Origin: Epithemia pelagica
Lineage: Eukaryota > Protista > Bacillariophyta
Assembly: GCA_946965045.2 (NCBI GenBank)
Contig: OX337242.1
Coordinates: forward strand, 2,790,001-2,854,000
DNA length: 64,000 nucleotides
Direction of reading: 5' to 3'
A program made the position numbers and the translations under genes. This document shows positions 1-10,478 of the stretch, in pieces. The notes under the pieces were generated by a model. It saw only the letters and a list, made by a program, of their open reading frames with translations, had not been told where the DNA came from and ran no database searches. Position 1 is the stretch's first letter. Each line of letters opens with the position of its first letter.

Positions 1-984
1 GCTGCTGGTTTCGTTGTGAAGGTGATTGTGAAGGTGATCCATACCACCACCACCCGGCAGGTGGAATCGACCTGACGACGATGAGGACGACGATGCGGTG
101 GATCCGGCCAGACTGGTACCCGTGGCACTGCTTGTGGTGGACCAGGTGGTACTGGTCGTATGCGAGGCCACCGACACGACCGAAGAGGATTGCAAACTGG
201 TAAAGGAGGCCGAGGGGGACAGGGGTGGCAGCGACGAATACGAGGGACAGGGCGATGCCAAGAGCAGCGACATGCTGGCAGTGTGTCGATCGGCAGCCGA
301 CCAACTTTGATGATGTTGATGCTCTTGTTCTTCGTCTTGTGTAGATGGCACAGACTTGCTGGTCTTTTTCTTCTTTGTTTTGGTCTTGAGACCCTTTGGT
401 TTGGTAGTAGTCTTCTTCATCGACCCTGATTCCAGAGTGCTCTTTTCGGATTTCTTCTTTTTCTTCTTCTTCTTTTCCTGTTTCTTCTCGACGCTATTGT
501 TCGTTGGAACCTTGAAGGATTTCTTTGCTTTGGGGTCCTTTTTCGGAATGTTGTTGTTGTTGTTGTTGCTGCTCTCGGATTGGAGGTCCTTCTTTTTGGT
601 CTTTTTCGGTTTGGTACTAGTACTTCTCGTAGTACAATCACTCATTTTGTGATATGCTGCTGTATCATCCTCATGATTGGGAAGCATGGGAGGTGGAGCA
701 AAATCGGCAATGGAAGCGCGTCGTGGTCGTCGTGGTGGAACCACCAATGGCAATTGGGTCGAGGCAGTGTGGTGATTGTGGTTGTGATTGTGATTGGGAG
801 GATGCTGCAAGTGTTGCATCGAAGACGAGCGAGGAACGGACAAGGGCCGATCGTGTTTGGTGGTTTTGCGAGAAACAGTGGTCCCCCATCGATCCTCCGG
901 GACACTCTTGGTTTTCCTAGTTCCACTTTGATGGTCATGGCTGCGGCTCCGCCACGAGGCTTGTCGTTGAAACAGACTCTTCAT
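1..984 (-). CDS. Low-complexity Lys/Ser/His-rich hypothetical protein, 3' end beyond the window
   Basis: Manual translation from ATG at 984 (MKSLFQRQASWRSRSHDHQ...KPKKTKKKDLQSES...SSSSGRFHLPGGGG...) has no stop down to base 1. It is absent from the ORF track because it has no stop. The + strand ORFs here are its antisense shadow. Confidence 0.6.
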   Translation of the reverse strand, partial: MKSLFQRQASWRSRSHDHQSGTRKTKSVPEDRWGTTVSRKTTKHDRPLSVPRSSSMQHLQHPPNHNHNHNHHTASTQLPLVVPPRRPRRASIADFAPPPMLPNHEDDTAAYHKMSDCTTRSTSTKPKKTKKKDLQSESSNNNNNNIPKKDPKAKKSFKVPTNNSVEKKQEKKKKKKKKSEKSTLESGSMKKTTTKPKGLKTKTKKKKTSKSVPSTQDEEQEHQHHQSWSAADRHTASMSLLLASPCPSYSSLPPLSPSASFTSLQSSSVVSVASHTTSTTWSTTSSATGTSLAGSTASSSSSSSGRFHLPGGGGMDHLHNHLHNETSS

Positions 985-1264
985 GGTTGGGAGTTGCTTC
1001 GATTTCTTTGTGGATTCGTTTCTTGTTGTTGTTGTTGCTGTTGTTTGGTTGTGTGGCGTTTCCCCTCTCTCTCTCCCCAACGAATACTGCGCAACTCGCA
1101 ACGATCACACTTGTTTGGCCTTGTTGTGGTTGTTCTTGGGTGGGAGTTGTGGTGGAGGAGGATAAAGGCTGTGTCGTGGTGGGTTCTTGTTCTTGTTTGG
1201 TTTGTCCGACGAATCTTTTAAATACGATATGGCGTAGATCCTGCTCGGACACGCACTAAACTAC

Positions 1265-2146
1265 ACTTGGTAGGGCTCTTGTATTTCAGTTGGTAGGGCA
1301 TACTGTGGAGAGAATGAGCAGAATGTTGCTCCACGGCTATTCCCCAACCAGTGTATTCAAGGGCCTACAAGAAATAAGAAACCCAACCAATCTTGGAGGG
1401 TGGCCATCGAAGATGCTGGGTAAGGTTTGACTATAGCCCTATGGAGGAGGACCAAGAAAGAATCGATCGATACTCGTTAGGCCAATTCCATTATTGGAAT
1501 CGTGCCAGCCTGCTGCAAGATAGAATAATATATCCCTTTCGTACTTCGGTATCTACTTTGCTTCCTGCTATTATACTGTGGTTTTCACGACAGGATCTAT
1601 ATATTTCTACAATAGAATACGACAGGGTGGCCGCCTCTAATTATACTTGACATTTTAGAGCCATTCTAAGAGTATCTAGTTATATTATACCTGCGATTTC
1701 AAACTCTAAAACTCTTTAGAGTGCTATCCCGTAACACCAATGGAGCCCAATAAGGTGAAAACCTTAACCCTAGAGGATATCAAACAACATCAATGACAAG
1801 AATGACGGTAAAATGCAAGGTCTCATTCAATGAGGCTCTGACACCAAAACAACAACAATAAGAAGAGATAAAGGATGCAGTTTCCGACTGTCATGGCAGC
1901 ATTTCACTTACATGAACAAAAAATGAGACACCATGGTCGTAGACTCGCTAAAAGGTATAATTATACTCTAAAACGTATAATTTTACTTATACTTCGAAGC
2001 AAAATCCCTTAGACCCTCTAAACGGCCACCCTGAATACGAGGGGGTACTTGTAGTAGCACTGGGATGCCGCCATCTAGGATCTACCAAGTTTCTCTCAAG
2101 GGCAAGGATATTATGGACTGTAGACTTGTATTCAGCCCTACCAAGT
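1265..2146. repeat. Intergenic segment bounded by 13-bp perfect inverted repeats (possible decayed non-autonomous element)
   Basis: ACTTGGTAGGGCT at 1265-1277 and its reverse complement at 2134-2146. The interior is TA-rich with an 8-bp stem at 1703-1722. No TSD found. Confidence 0.3.
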
Positions 2147-2472
2147 AGAGATTAGTCCTTGTCCGATTCGCACCACTCGTGTAGATGGGCCCGTGCAGTC
2201 CTGCGCCCCCTTGTTGTATGTGGATTTTGGGGGAGAGAGGAGGGGGACCACGAGAACAACGAAAAAAAAACTCCACAGATACTCCAAGGCCATGATCAGG
2301 ACACACGCAAGGAGAGCGCCATGCGGTCGAGAGAGAGAGGGATTCCAGGAAACTAGCTACTAGGAGAGGCGAATGCCATTGGGTTGGTTGGCGGTGATTC
2401 CATCCTTACTGGAATATATATAAAAAAAAGGACTCTACGAATTTGGTACACCACACACACACGTCCAAGAAC

Positions 2473-2986
2473 ATGGCCACCACAGTTGAAGCGCTGGACC
2501 CAATCCTGTCAAATCTACGTTATGCGAAAGTGACCGAGTGGGTGTTCCTCGTCGTCCAAAAGAGAGGAGGACGAGGAGGAACCGAATGGGCATACGATCC
2601 TGTCCATATCCGGACAATGAGAAGAGACATACCCTCTCCAGAAAGGAACCATGCGTACCCCACAACAAGAGAACCACCACCTGGAACGGCACACTATAGT
2701 TGTACACAACAATGTGATGGAAGTTTTGTTGGTGGTGCGCAAGGAGGGAGAGATTCTCAACGTGCTTGGTGGTGTACTCGGTAGCTGTTCGATTCGAGCG
2801 ATTTATCCAATCATGATGTATGTCTCTCCGTTCTGTCTTGTACCGCGACCACGAATTGTGTATCGGCATTCTTCTCATGATAGATGGGGAACGGATACAA
2901 CAGGGTCGGTTGTGGGATCCTTCGCTGATGAGGTGTTCTCCGACGATCCGCCCATTCTAGAATGTAGAGGAAAGGTGGTAGCGTGA
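2473..2986 (+). CDS. Possible small orphan gene (two overlapping frames, one putative intron 2818-2883)
   Basis: TATATATAAAA at ~2414 precedes ATG 2473. A GTATGT...TAG 66-bp in-frame intron-like segment lies in the second frame. No recognisable domain. Confidence 0.25.
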
Positions 2987-3007
2987 CACAAGCCTGAAAT
3001 TCCATCC

Positions 3008-6000
3008 TTACACATCTCCTCCTTTCCGTAAGAAGGAGGATGGACTGTTGCGAGAAGTATTGTTGGAAGGATTCCCTGTGGCACTCGGGGGTCGTGATGG
3101 ATGGGATCTTCGTCGGGGTGCAACTTCTGCAGTTCCAGACTGTGGTGGATTGGTATCTTGTTGTTGTTGTTGCTGCTGCTGTTGCATCATTAATGCTTGG
3201 TTGACTTCTTTCAAGGTTTGCAGTTGCATTTCCTTGGCTTGCACATACTCGGTCAATTCGCTCAACAATCGTTCCAACTCTGCCGTACGTTGTTGCAGGG
3301 ATTGCGCCGTTGCAGGATTCTCGGCCACTGCATTTGAGGACGCCGATGAGGACACGGACAAGGCCGAAGCTACAGCGGCAGTGATGCGTCTCCGTCGCGT
3401 ACGTGGAGTTGGTTGTGGAGGAAGAGGAGGAGCGGTAGTCCCATTCGTACTCGTAGTACTACTGGTCGGACCACCAGATGCCGTGTGGCTCGCAGACGCA
3501 TATTCGGCCGCTCGATATCGGTCCAGTTCCAACAACGCCTTGCGCTTTTGGTCACGCAACAAGGACACTTCTTGTTGTCGTGCTTCATCATTGGCGACCA
3601 AGGCCACCACTTGTTGAACCGTGAGACGTCCATTGCGGCACACGACTTGAATCTCCTTGGCCAGGCTTTCACCCTTTTGTTTGTAACTGTTGCGTTCGGC
3701 TTTGAGTTTTTGGATTTGAAACTGTTGTGCCTCTACTTCGGATCGACACGCTTGGAGACGGTCTTGCGCTTCTTTCAACTGGGTGGACCGCTGCGACAGA
3801 GTTTGTGACAGTGTCTGCGCGTGAGCTTCTTGTTCTTGCACTTGTTGTTGGGTGCGACGAATTTGCTCTTGGAAATCTTCGTGTCGTTTCAAGGCCTCGT
3901 CCAACTGTGCCTGTAAACGGTCCTGCTGCGATACTTGTTTTTGCAATTCCGTGTAGGAAGCTTGTAGTTCTGTCATGGCCGACAATTTGCTTTCACGGGC
4001 ATCAATACCCGCTTGCAGAACAGCCTTGTCATTTTGCAAGGTCTTGATTGTCTTTTCCATATCGCGTAGTTGTCCCGTTTGGTCTTGCACTTGTTGTTGC
4101 AATCCTTGTAGAGAGGCCAATTGGGTATCGCGCTCCACGACTTGGGTCTCCAGGGTGGACTTTTCTTGTTGCAAGGTGGCAATGGTGGCGTGACATTGAT
4201 TGGTTTTTTCACGTTGCACCAGGATTTGTTGTTCCAAAATTTGGGCCTGCGATGCCTTGTCCTTTTTCAATCGTTGCAACAAGTCCTCTTGGGTTTCTTG
4301 TCGCTTCTCGGCCCGACGAAGCGCAGTTTTGGTCTCCTGCCACGACACTTTGGCAGTTTGCAATTCGTGTCGTGTCCGTTCGTGATCGGCTTGTTCTTGT
4401 TCCAGTTCGTGCATCCATTTGGTTTCCTTTTGGGACAAGCAAGACTGCAAAGCATGCACTTGTTGTTCCAATTCCGCAATACGATTATCCTGGTTCGCCG
4501 TAGAAGCAGCTTCATTGAGGGTAGTAGTACTAGTTGTAGTAGAAGCCGAAAGGGTGGATTTGGTAGACGCAGCAGTATGCTGTTGCGCAGTAGTCTCTTG
4601 CTTGCTGGTCGTGACTGGAGGCGTTGGAGGTCTTGGTGGAAGGTGCCGTTGCGACGGCGATTCATTCGGCCGAAATGGTGTGGACAAGAGAGTTTGCAAA
4701 GTGATGGTGTTGTGATCCGTCGTGGTGCTATCATGTTTTGGAGTGGGGCTGGTCTGATTGGATTCCTTCGGTACATTACCCAAACCAGGAGATTGCAATG
4801 ACGACAAGGATGCCACTTGTGGAAACAAGAGCGACGTGGGTTGCAATACTTCACGGGGTTCGGAATCCTGGTGGTGATTCAGCATCCCCAGGGCCAACAA
4901 GAAGGATTCCCGACTCGTACGATGGGTCCCCACACCAGCCGACAAGCACAATTGATAGGAACCGTCACCCAACAAAGACGAGTTGTCGTCTTGCGGCGAC
5001 GATTGGTGGTGGTCACACAGGGCTTGCAAGAGAAGAGGCAATTCCGACACGGATTTTTTCTCATCAAAGACGAGGACCAATTGTTTCGATTGTTGATAAT
5101 CCACCATGGTGGCCGTGACCTGGGGAATGGGTCCCTCGGGTGTCAAGTTTTCCATCACGACTGTCGCAGCACCCGCCGCAGGAGCGGCTGAGCTCGTTTT
5201 GTTGGTGCTTGTTTTGGCCACTTGATAAATTGAGACACCGGCACAGGTACTTGTGGGTTGGGTTCGTCGCGACGGGGAACCACGCGAGGGCGAAGCAGTC
5301 GACGACGACGATCGTCGCCACAAGGAGGGGGACAAGGACAAGGGTGATGCTGATGATGATGATATGACGGATGTGGATTCGACCGAGGGAGTCACGGCAC
5401 GTGGTGTGGAACTGGGTTCGGCTCCTCCATCGGCCTTGGAGGAGGGTGACGACGGGTCCTGTGGCATTGGTTTCTCGTTGTCATTGGTGGTGTTGCTGTC
5501 GTTGTTTGGTTCCTTCTCCTCCTTCTCCTCCTCGGGTGGTGATTGTCGTTGTGGTGGTTGTTGGATGGGACACAATTGAATGCGAAATTCCCGTCCTTGC
5601 GCCTTGCCACACCCGACCCATCCTCCAAACCACAAGTGATTGTTGGTGGTAGTGGTGGCTGGATTGGTAGTGCTGTGATGAACAGCTGCCGTCACGGCTC
5701 GTTGGGCTCCTTGAAACAAGGTGGAACAGGCCGAAACCACGGACTGGGTTTCCAAGCAAAGAACACGACGACGAGGACAAGGTGGTTGTTGTTGATGGGA
5801 GGATGTTGGAGTGGTACTACCATCATCCGGGTCGTCCTCGGTGGCGGGCGGTACCAGGACTCGACATTGTAGCCGGTAGCCAATTTCCAAGGCCGTGGGT
5901 TGAAGGGAGGATAACGTGGCATTGGGCAATCGGATCCATTCATCGTGATCCTCCGGTTTGCATGGCGATAGAGAGGCAGAAGTCTGGTCGCCCGTGGGTT

Positions 6001-7450
6001 GGATAGGTTCGTTGGACTGCGATTGTGGGCATGGTGGTGGTTGTTTGTACCATTGAAAGGAGGTACCCGGTGGAAACACCACGACTGATGTCGTGGTGGT
6101 GGTACTTGTCGTGTTGATAGGTCGCACATGAACCACACTGGTATTGGTCACCTTGGATTCCGAATGGCGTCGATGGCTGTTATTGTTATTGCGTTTGTGA
6201 TGGTTTTGGGTCGTGGTATCGCACGACACCCAGGTTCCGACGGACGTTTGCATAAACAAGCCGTACTCGGGGGGTGGTTCAGTACGGCTCGTGTCATTCG
6301 GATGGTGGTGCTTGTTGTTGGGAGTGGAGCTCGTAGTGGCTGTAGTAGGAGTATTCGACGTATTCCATCGTGAGGTGGCCAACGCGACGGACGAGGACGT
6401 TTCCGTCGCCCATTGTGTCGCTGTTTCTGTGGCTGTGGCTTGAAATCGACTGGCCCACGAGACCCAGGACGACGAAACCACTGTCGTGTTGTTGTGGTTG
6501 TGGTTGGTGGTGGGTTTGGTGGTGATGGTGTTGGAGGATGGAGGCTGTGTCGTGGTGGGTTCCGGTTGTTCAGGTTTGGTTTGCGGTTGTTCCTCGTTTG
6601 GTTCTGTTTGTTGTTGTTCCTCTTCGGGTTCTTGCTTCTTTTCGTCGTCGTCGACCAACGCCGCATTCAAGGAGGACGAGCGTTGGTGAGTCCTGGGTGG
6701 TTCCAGGAGAATCGTGGTGGACGACAAGGATGGAACCAACGAGTTGTCGTCCTTCTCTTGGTCATTCACCTCTTTCTTGGTTGACTGTGGTGGTACTAAT
6801 GATTCCTCCAGTGTGCCAGTCTCGTTGTTCTGGTCGTCGATCTTGTCGTCCTTTTGTGGTGTGGAAGGAACGGGCAATGATGGTTCTAGTGGTTGTGGTT
6901 GCTCTTGTTGTTGAGTGGGTACTGGTGGTTCAAAGTGCAAGGTCAAGGGCGGTGTTGCCTGTCGCAACCAGGCCAAAATGTCGCCAAAGTCCCAGTCCCT
7001 GACATTTTGCCACTCCTTTGTGTTTTGGTTGTTGTTGTCATTGCCCGTACAAGCACTGGCACAGTGCAATAATCGAGACTGTGCTGGAACCACAAGGACT
7101 CTGTTGTTGTTGATGTCGTCCTGGTCGTCCGGTTGCGGCAAGGTGTCGAGCACCACTTGCGCACCCGTGGCGTGTTCGTCGCACCAGGGCGTCAAGACCA
7201 AACGAGTTTGCAAGGCCGAAAATGTGTCAAACTGGACTGTTTGCAGGTCAGTGTGATTGCCGTGGTGGTCGTTGTCCTGTTCGTCGTCGTCGTCATTTGG
7301 CGGGTGGGTGGTCCTTGTCGTTGTCGTGGTGGGAAGGACCGCCGTCGCACTGTCTGGTTCTGGTGGTGGTGGTTGGTGTGAAGGGCCTTGTTCTGCTTCT
7401 TCTTCCTCTTTGGTGGTCGCTGTCGTCGTCGAAATTGTGCTGCTTGCCAT
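3008..7450 (-). CDS. Large (~1480 aa) protein: PDZ-like N-terminus, Ig-like (AIR9/SCAB-type) segment, long C-terminal coiled coil
   Basis: Uninterrupted ORF; likely start MASSTIS at 7450. It contains VRDWDFGDILAWLRQATPPLTLHF and SFQWYK...WIRLPNATLSSLQPTALEIGYRLQCRV, plus ~350 aa of Q/E/K/L heptads near the C-terminus. Confidence 0.7.
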   Translation of the reverse strand: MASSTISTTTATTKEEEEAEQGPSHQPPPPEPDSATAVLPTTTTTRTTHPPNDDDDEQDNDHHGNHTDLQTVQFDTFSALQTRLVLTPWCDEHATGAQVVLDTLPQPDDQDDINNNRVLVVPAQSRLLHCASACTGNDNNNQNTKEWQNVRDWDFGDILAWLRQATPPLTLHFEPPVPTQQQEQPQPLEPSLPVPSTPQKDDKIDDQNNETGTLEESLVPPQSTKKEVNDQEKDDNSLVPSLSSTTILLEPPRTHQRSSSLNAALVDDDEKKQEPEEEQQQTEPNEEQPQTKPEQPEPTTTQPPSSNTITTKPTTNHNHNNTTVVSSSWVSWASRFQATATETATQWATETSSSVALATSRWNTSNTPTTATTSSTPNNKHHHPNDTSRTEPPPEYGLFMQTSVGTWVSCDTTTQNHHKRNNNNSHRRHSESKVTNTSVVHVRPINTTSTTTTTSVVVFPPGTSFQWYKQPPPCPQSQSNEPIQPTGDQTSASLSPCKPEDHDEWIRLPNATLSSLQPTALEIGYRLQCRVLVPPATEDDPDDGSTTPTSSHQQQPPCPRRRVLCLETQSVVSACSTLFQGAQRAVTAAVHHSTTNPATTTTNNHLWFGGWVGCGKAQGREFRIQLCPIQQPPQRQSPPEEEKEEKEPNNDSNTTNDNEKPMPQDPSSPSSKADGGAEPSSTPRAVTPSVESTSVISSSSASPLSLSPSLWRRSSSSTASPSRGSPSRRTQPTSTCAGVSIYQVAKTSTNKTSSAAPAAGAATVVMENLTPEGPIPQVTATMVDYQQSKQLVLVFDEKKSVSELPLLLQALCDHHQSSPQDDNSSLLGDGSYQLCLSAGVGTHRTSRESFLLALGMLNHHQDSEPREVLQPTSLLFPQVASLSSLQSPGLGNVPKESNQTSPTPKHDSTTTDHNTITLQTLLSTPFRPNESPSQRHLPPRPPTPPVTTSKQETTAQQHTAASTKSTLSASTTTSTTTLNEAASTANQDNRIAELEQQVHALQSCLSQKETKWMHELEQEQADHERTRHELQTAKVSWQETKTALRRAEKRQETQEDLLQRLKKDKASQAQILEQQILVQREKTNQCHATIATLQQEKSTLETQVVERDTQLASLQGLQQQVQDQTGQLRDMEKTIKTLQNDKAVLQAGIDARESKLSAMTELQASYTELQKQVSQQDRLQAQLDEALKRHEDFQEQIRRTQQQVQEQEAHAQTLSQTLSQRSTQLKEAQDRLQACRSEVEAQQFQIQKLKAERNSYKQKGESLAKEIQVVCRNGRLTVQQVVALVANDEARQQEVSLLRDQKRKALLELDRYRAAEYASASHTASGGPTSSTTSTNGTTAPPLPPQPTPRTRRRRITAAVASALSVSSSASSNAVAENPATAQSLQQRTAELERLLSELTEYVQAKEMQLQTLKEVNQALMMQQQQQQQQQDTNPPQSGTAEVAPRRRSHPSRPPSATGNPSNNTSRNSPSSFLRKGGDV

Positions 7451-7795
7451 TCTTGTTCGTCGTTTTCCTCGTCTTGTTGTGTTTGGGGTTGTGTTGTAGA
7501 TAGTTCCTGGAACAACACGGTCCTTGTCTCTCGTCGGTTGGTTGCTTCTTTGTTTGGTTTGGGCCGTGCGGTACGTCCATGACGGACCGACCGGCGTGAG
7601 CGAGTGCCGAGTTTTGTATGGGCGAGCGTCGGGGTTCGCCAGATTTGCGCACCGCACGTGGGTCGCGCGTATCGTGGATTCAGTCTTGTATCGTCGCATT
7701 GCATCCACGACCCACGACTGCGCCGGTGCGCACTCGTTTTGTTCGCGAGGACAATCATTTTTGTGCCAACAAGAAGCCGACACAAGAAAAGAAGA

Positions 7796-9397
7796 ATGCC
7801 TCGACCGTCCCATCATCGTCCTGGTCCTCCGCCGCCACCATCCTCCTCCTTCTTATCCTCCCGGTCTCTTCGCAAGGAGGAGGATGAAAGTCCGTCCCAT
7901 CGACCGCCGCACCACGAACAGCATGGTCTGTGGCATTGGGTATGGCATGCCACGTGTCACGATTGTTGTTACTGGGGCCCTCCACCGCATCTACGGCGTC
8001 TTCCCCCGCACTTGCGACCGGACCGGGTGTCGTGGCACTTGTACGTGACTGTTGTTTTGACCAAATTGTTGTTGGAAGTCTGTGGTGCGGCTGGTGCCGT
8101 CTGGGGCTTTGCCGAAGTGATCAATTGGCGCGATTCTCCCACGGGCCACGCGGCTACGGTCGTGCGCGGGTGCAGTGTGGCCACGGCCGTTGTGTTTGCC
8201 GTGCGGTGGTATTGGCATGTCAAACACTTTTGGCAACATGGTTACGACTTTCCCTATGTCAAGCGACATCATCGACGCTCCCATTGGATGCATGGCACAC
8301 AGGTGCGTTTCATTTTTTGTTTGTTTGGTTTTTGGTTGGTTTTCCAATCCAAACCGCAACGCTGCTATTCGACACACACAAAGGAGACGAGTTCCAATAG
8401 TCCTGGCTCACCAACAAGACTGCATCTTTTGTTGGCTCGTTGTTCTTGTGTTGCTTCTTCTTGTGTTCTCCTGGTTTCTGGTTTGGTTCTCTTCCATTCC
8501 GGTGGTTGTTCCAATACACACACACATGTGTGTGTGTGTCACTCTCTCTACTACCCTACGATACTACTCTACACTACCATACAGGTGTTTGCGGCCAAGT
8601 GTTTGTTGCAAGTGTGGGGTGCGGCGGGAGCCGTCTGGGGGGCCTCGGAAGCCCTGGGATTCCGGACCCAGGAGACACGAAATGCGTGGCAGGCGGCAGC
8701 CTGGGCCACGACGGTGGTGTTTGGTCTGCGATGGCTGGCCGAATTGTTTCGGTATTGCTTGTTGTGTCCGCGGCGTCGTCGCGACCGCAGCTCCCTGCTC
8801 CAACGCGGCCTACAAAGCGTCCAGACGGCCATTCTCCCCTGGACCGAAGTGCTCGTGACCAAATTTGTCTTGGAAGTCTGTGGTGCGGCCGGAGCCGTTT
8901 GGGGCTGTGCCGAGATTGCCACAATTCGGGATGCATCCGAGGCCAGTACGCGGCGGTGGCGGGCCCTGGCACTCGCCGTGGGCGCCGTCTTTTTGCTGCG
9001 GTGGATGGTCCAAGTCCACCACTATGCCCAGGATCAAACGGAATCGCCCCTCGTGACGGAACCGCCCCGCTTGCAACGGACCAAAACACAAGACCATTTG
9101 GAAGACGAACAAGAAGAAGACGAAGACGAACATCCGGATGACGACAACAATCCGGAGGAGGAGGAACCGCACGCAAAATCCAACAATCCTCCCAGCAACA
9201 GTGGCACTCCCTTGGCGGCCACGGCGGACGAGGAGGAGGATGACAAGGAGGAGGAGGAGGAGGAATTGGAGGACACGACCACCAAGACCACCCAAGAAGA
9301 ACATGAGTTGCAACTGGTGGAAAATTATGGGTCCACCTCCACCACCATTCGCAGTGGTAGTGATGAGGAGAATGAGGAGGAGGAGCAAGCCGTGTAA
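7796..9397 (+). CDS. Membrane protein with three internal K-x2-L[EQ]V-x-GAAGAVWG...F-x2-RW repeats and an acidic tail; intron 8303-8584
   Basis: Three aligned hydrophobic repeats. Removing CAG|GTGCGT...TACAG|GTG (282 bp) joins HGTQ to VFAAK and restores the repeat spacing. Confidence 0.75.
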   Translation: MPRPSHHRPGPPPPPSSSFLSSRSLRKEEDESPSHRPPHHEQHGLWHWVWHATCHDCCYWGPPPHLRRLPPHLRPDRVSWHLYVTVVLTKLLLEVCGAAGAVWGFAEVINWRDSPTGHAATVVRGCSVATAVVFAVRWYWHVKHFWQHGYDFPYVKRHHRRSHWMHGTQVRFIFCLFGFWLVFQSKPQRCYSTHTKETSSNSPGSPTRLHLLLARCSCVASSCVLLVSGLVLFHSGGCSNTHTHVCVCHSLYYPTILLYTTIQVFAAKCLLQVWGAAGAVWGASEALGFRTQETRNAWQAAAWATTVVFGLRWLAELFRYCLLCPRRRRDRSSLLQRGLQSVQTAILPWTEVLVTKFVLEVCGAAGAVWGCAEIATIRDASEASTRRWRALALAVGAVFLLRWMVQVHHYAQDQTESPLVTEPPRLQRTKTQDHLEDEQEEDEDEHPDDDNNPEEEEPHAKSNNPPSNSGTPLAATADEEEDDKEEEEEELEDTTTKTTQEEHELQLVENYGSTSTTIRSGSDEENEEEEQAV

Positions 9398-9724
9398 CAG
9401 CTTGCGCGTGCCTGACGAAACTGGGAACCCACCACACCCACAGTGCTCGTTTGTTGACTAGTTTCCCACTCTCCAGTCCAATTGTGACCGGCGTGACCGG
9501 TTCGAGGACAAGAGGTTCGGCGCGAGACAGTGCTGTCATCGTGTAATATGTAGTTAGATACAGTAGACTCGATGATGGTGATCCAAAAGGCTTGCGTTCT
9601 ATCTATAGAGATACCCTCTCCATTAGGAATGGCACACCTTGTGTCCTTACTGCACCATCACCAAAAGTTGAATTGGTGCAATCGAGATGTCGCAAATGCG
9701 CAGTTTGTCAATGATGAGATAGTC

Positions 9725-9810
9725 TTGAGTAGTTGGATGGAGTGAAAACTGGATGTCGTCTACCCATTACGGAGCTCAGTCGTCCTATTATGCATGTACA
9801 AAAAGAGAAA
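9725..9810. repeat. Remnant of the GT32-gene upstream region; left edge of the duplicated array
   Basis: GATGG(G)AGTGAAAACTGGATGTC and GTCTACCCATTACGGAGC-CAGTCGTCC recur at 13122-13190. Confidence 0.6.
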
Positions 9811-10163
9811 AATCCATATCGTACCCGGATATATGATGTCATGATGACGAAATATGATGACGTGTATTTGGAACTCTTTTTCTCCTTCAATTCACGTGAT
9901 AGCCCGTATAAAACATTTTGGTCCAAATTAGTACGGGCTATCGCGGTGCCAAAGTGTCAGGTAGACCAGATATTTGCCAGAATCCAGAAATCCAGAAAAT
10001 CCTGAATAACTCGACCGGGTGTTGATCTTTTTCAAAACAAACATTATCAGCAGATAGAGCTCGTCGAGCTCTGTCGATTCCGCTGCTTAAAATTGAAAAA
10101 AGTCAACATGGTCGTGACTCAGAATTTCTGGCTTGACTCGTGCGCCAAACCGTCAGGTTGCTT

Positions 10164-10478
10164 CTATGTCAATCCACATTCTTGTCCAATGCTTCCGAAA
10201 CCTGTTTCATATAATCGTCGGTCCGTTGGTATTTCCGCACCACCAGAAGTTATCTCGCAGTGCCATCGCCATTCGAATGTCACCCTCATCATGAAGAATA
10301 CAATGACACAATCTTCATTGTCCAGTGCTCTTGACAAGGCTTTGAGACCCAAATTGGTAATCTGGGTACTGCCAACGGCAACTGTATGCCATTCGAGATC
10401 TGCAATGGGAACCGCCAATATGCTCATTCCTGAGAATCTGCCAGTCTTGTCGCCGTCTTCTCCTTTGATTTCGGTCAT
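10164..10478 (-). pseudogene. Decayed LRR-like gene fragment (copy 1)
   Basis: TQITNLGLKALSRALD and GFGSIGQECGLTY resemble RNI-type LRR turns. Frameshifted; homologues at ~19880-20230 and 46740-47205. Confidence 0.35.

Noticed and set aside
7796-9397. Silicon transporter or SWEET/TRIC identity for the triple-repeat protein
   Set aside because: No GxQ motifs or other diagnostic residues of those families were recognised.
580-9539. Many 60-320 aa ORFs opposite real genes (e.g. 580-1221, 3048-3617, 8574-9539)
   Set aside because: Antisense or alternate-frame shadows of low-complexity coding sequence, with no domain motifs.
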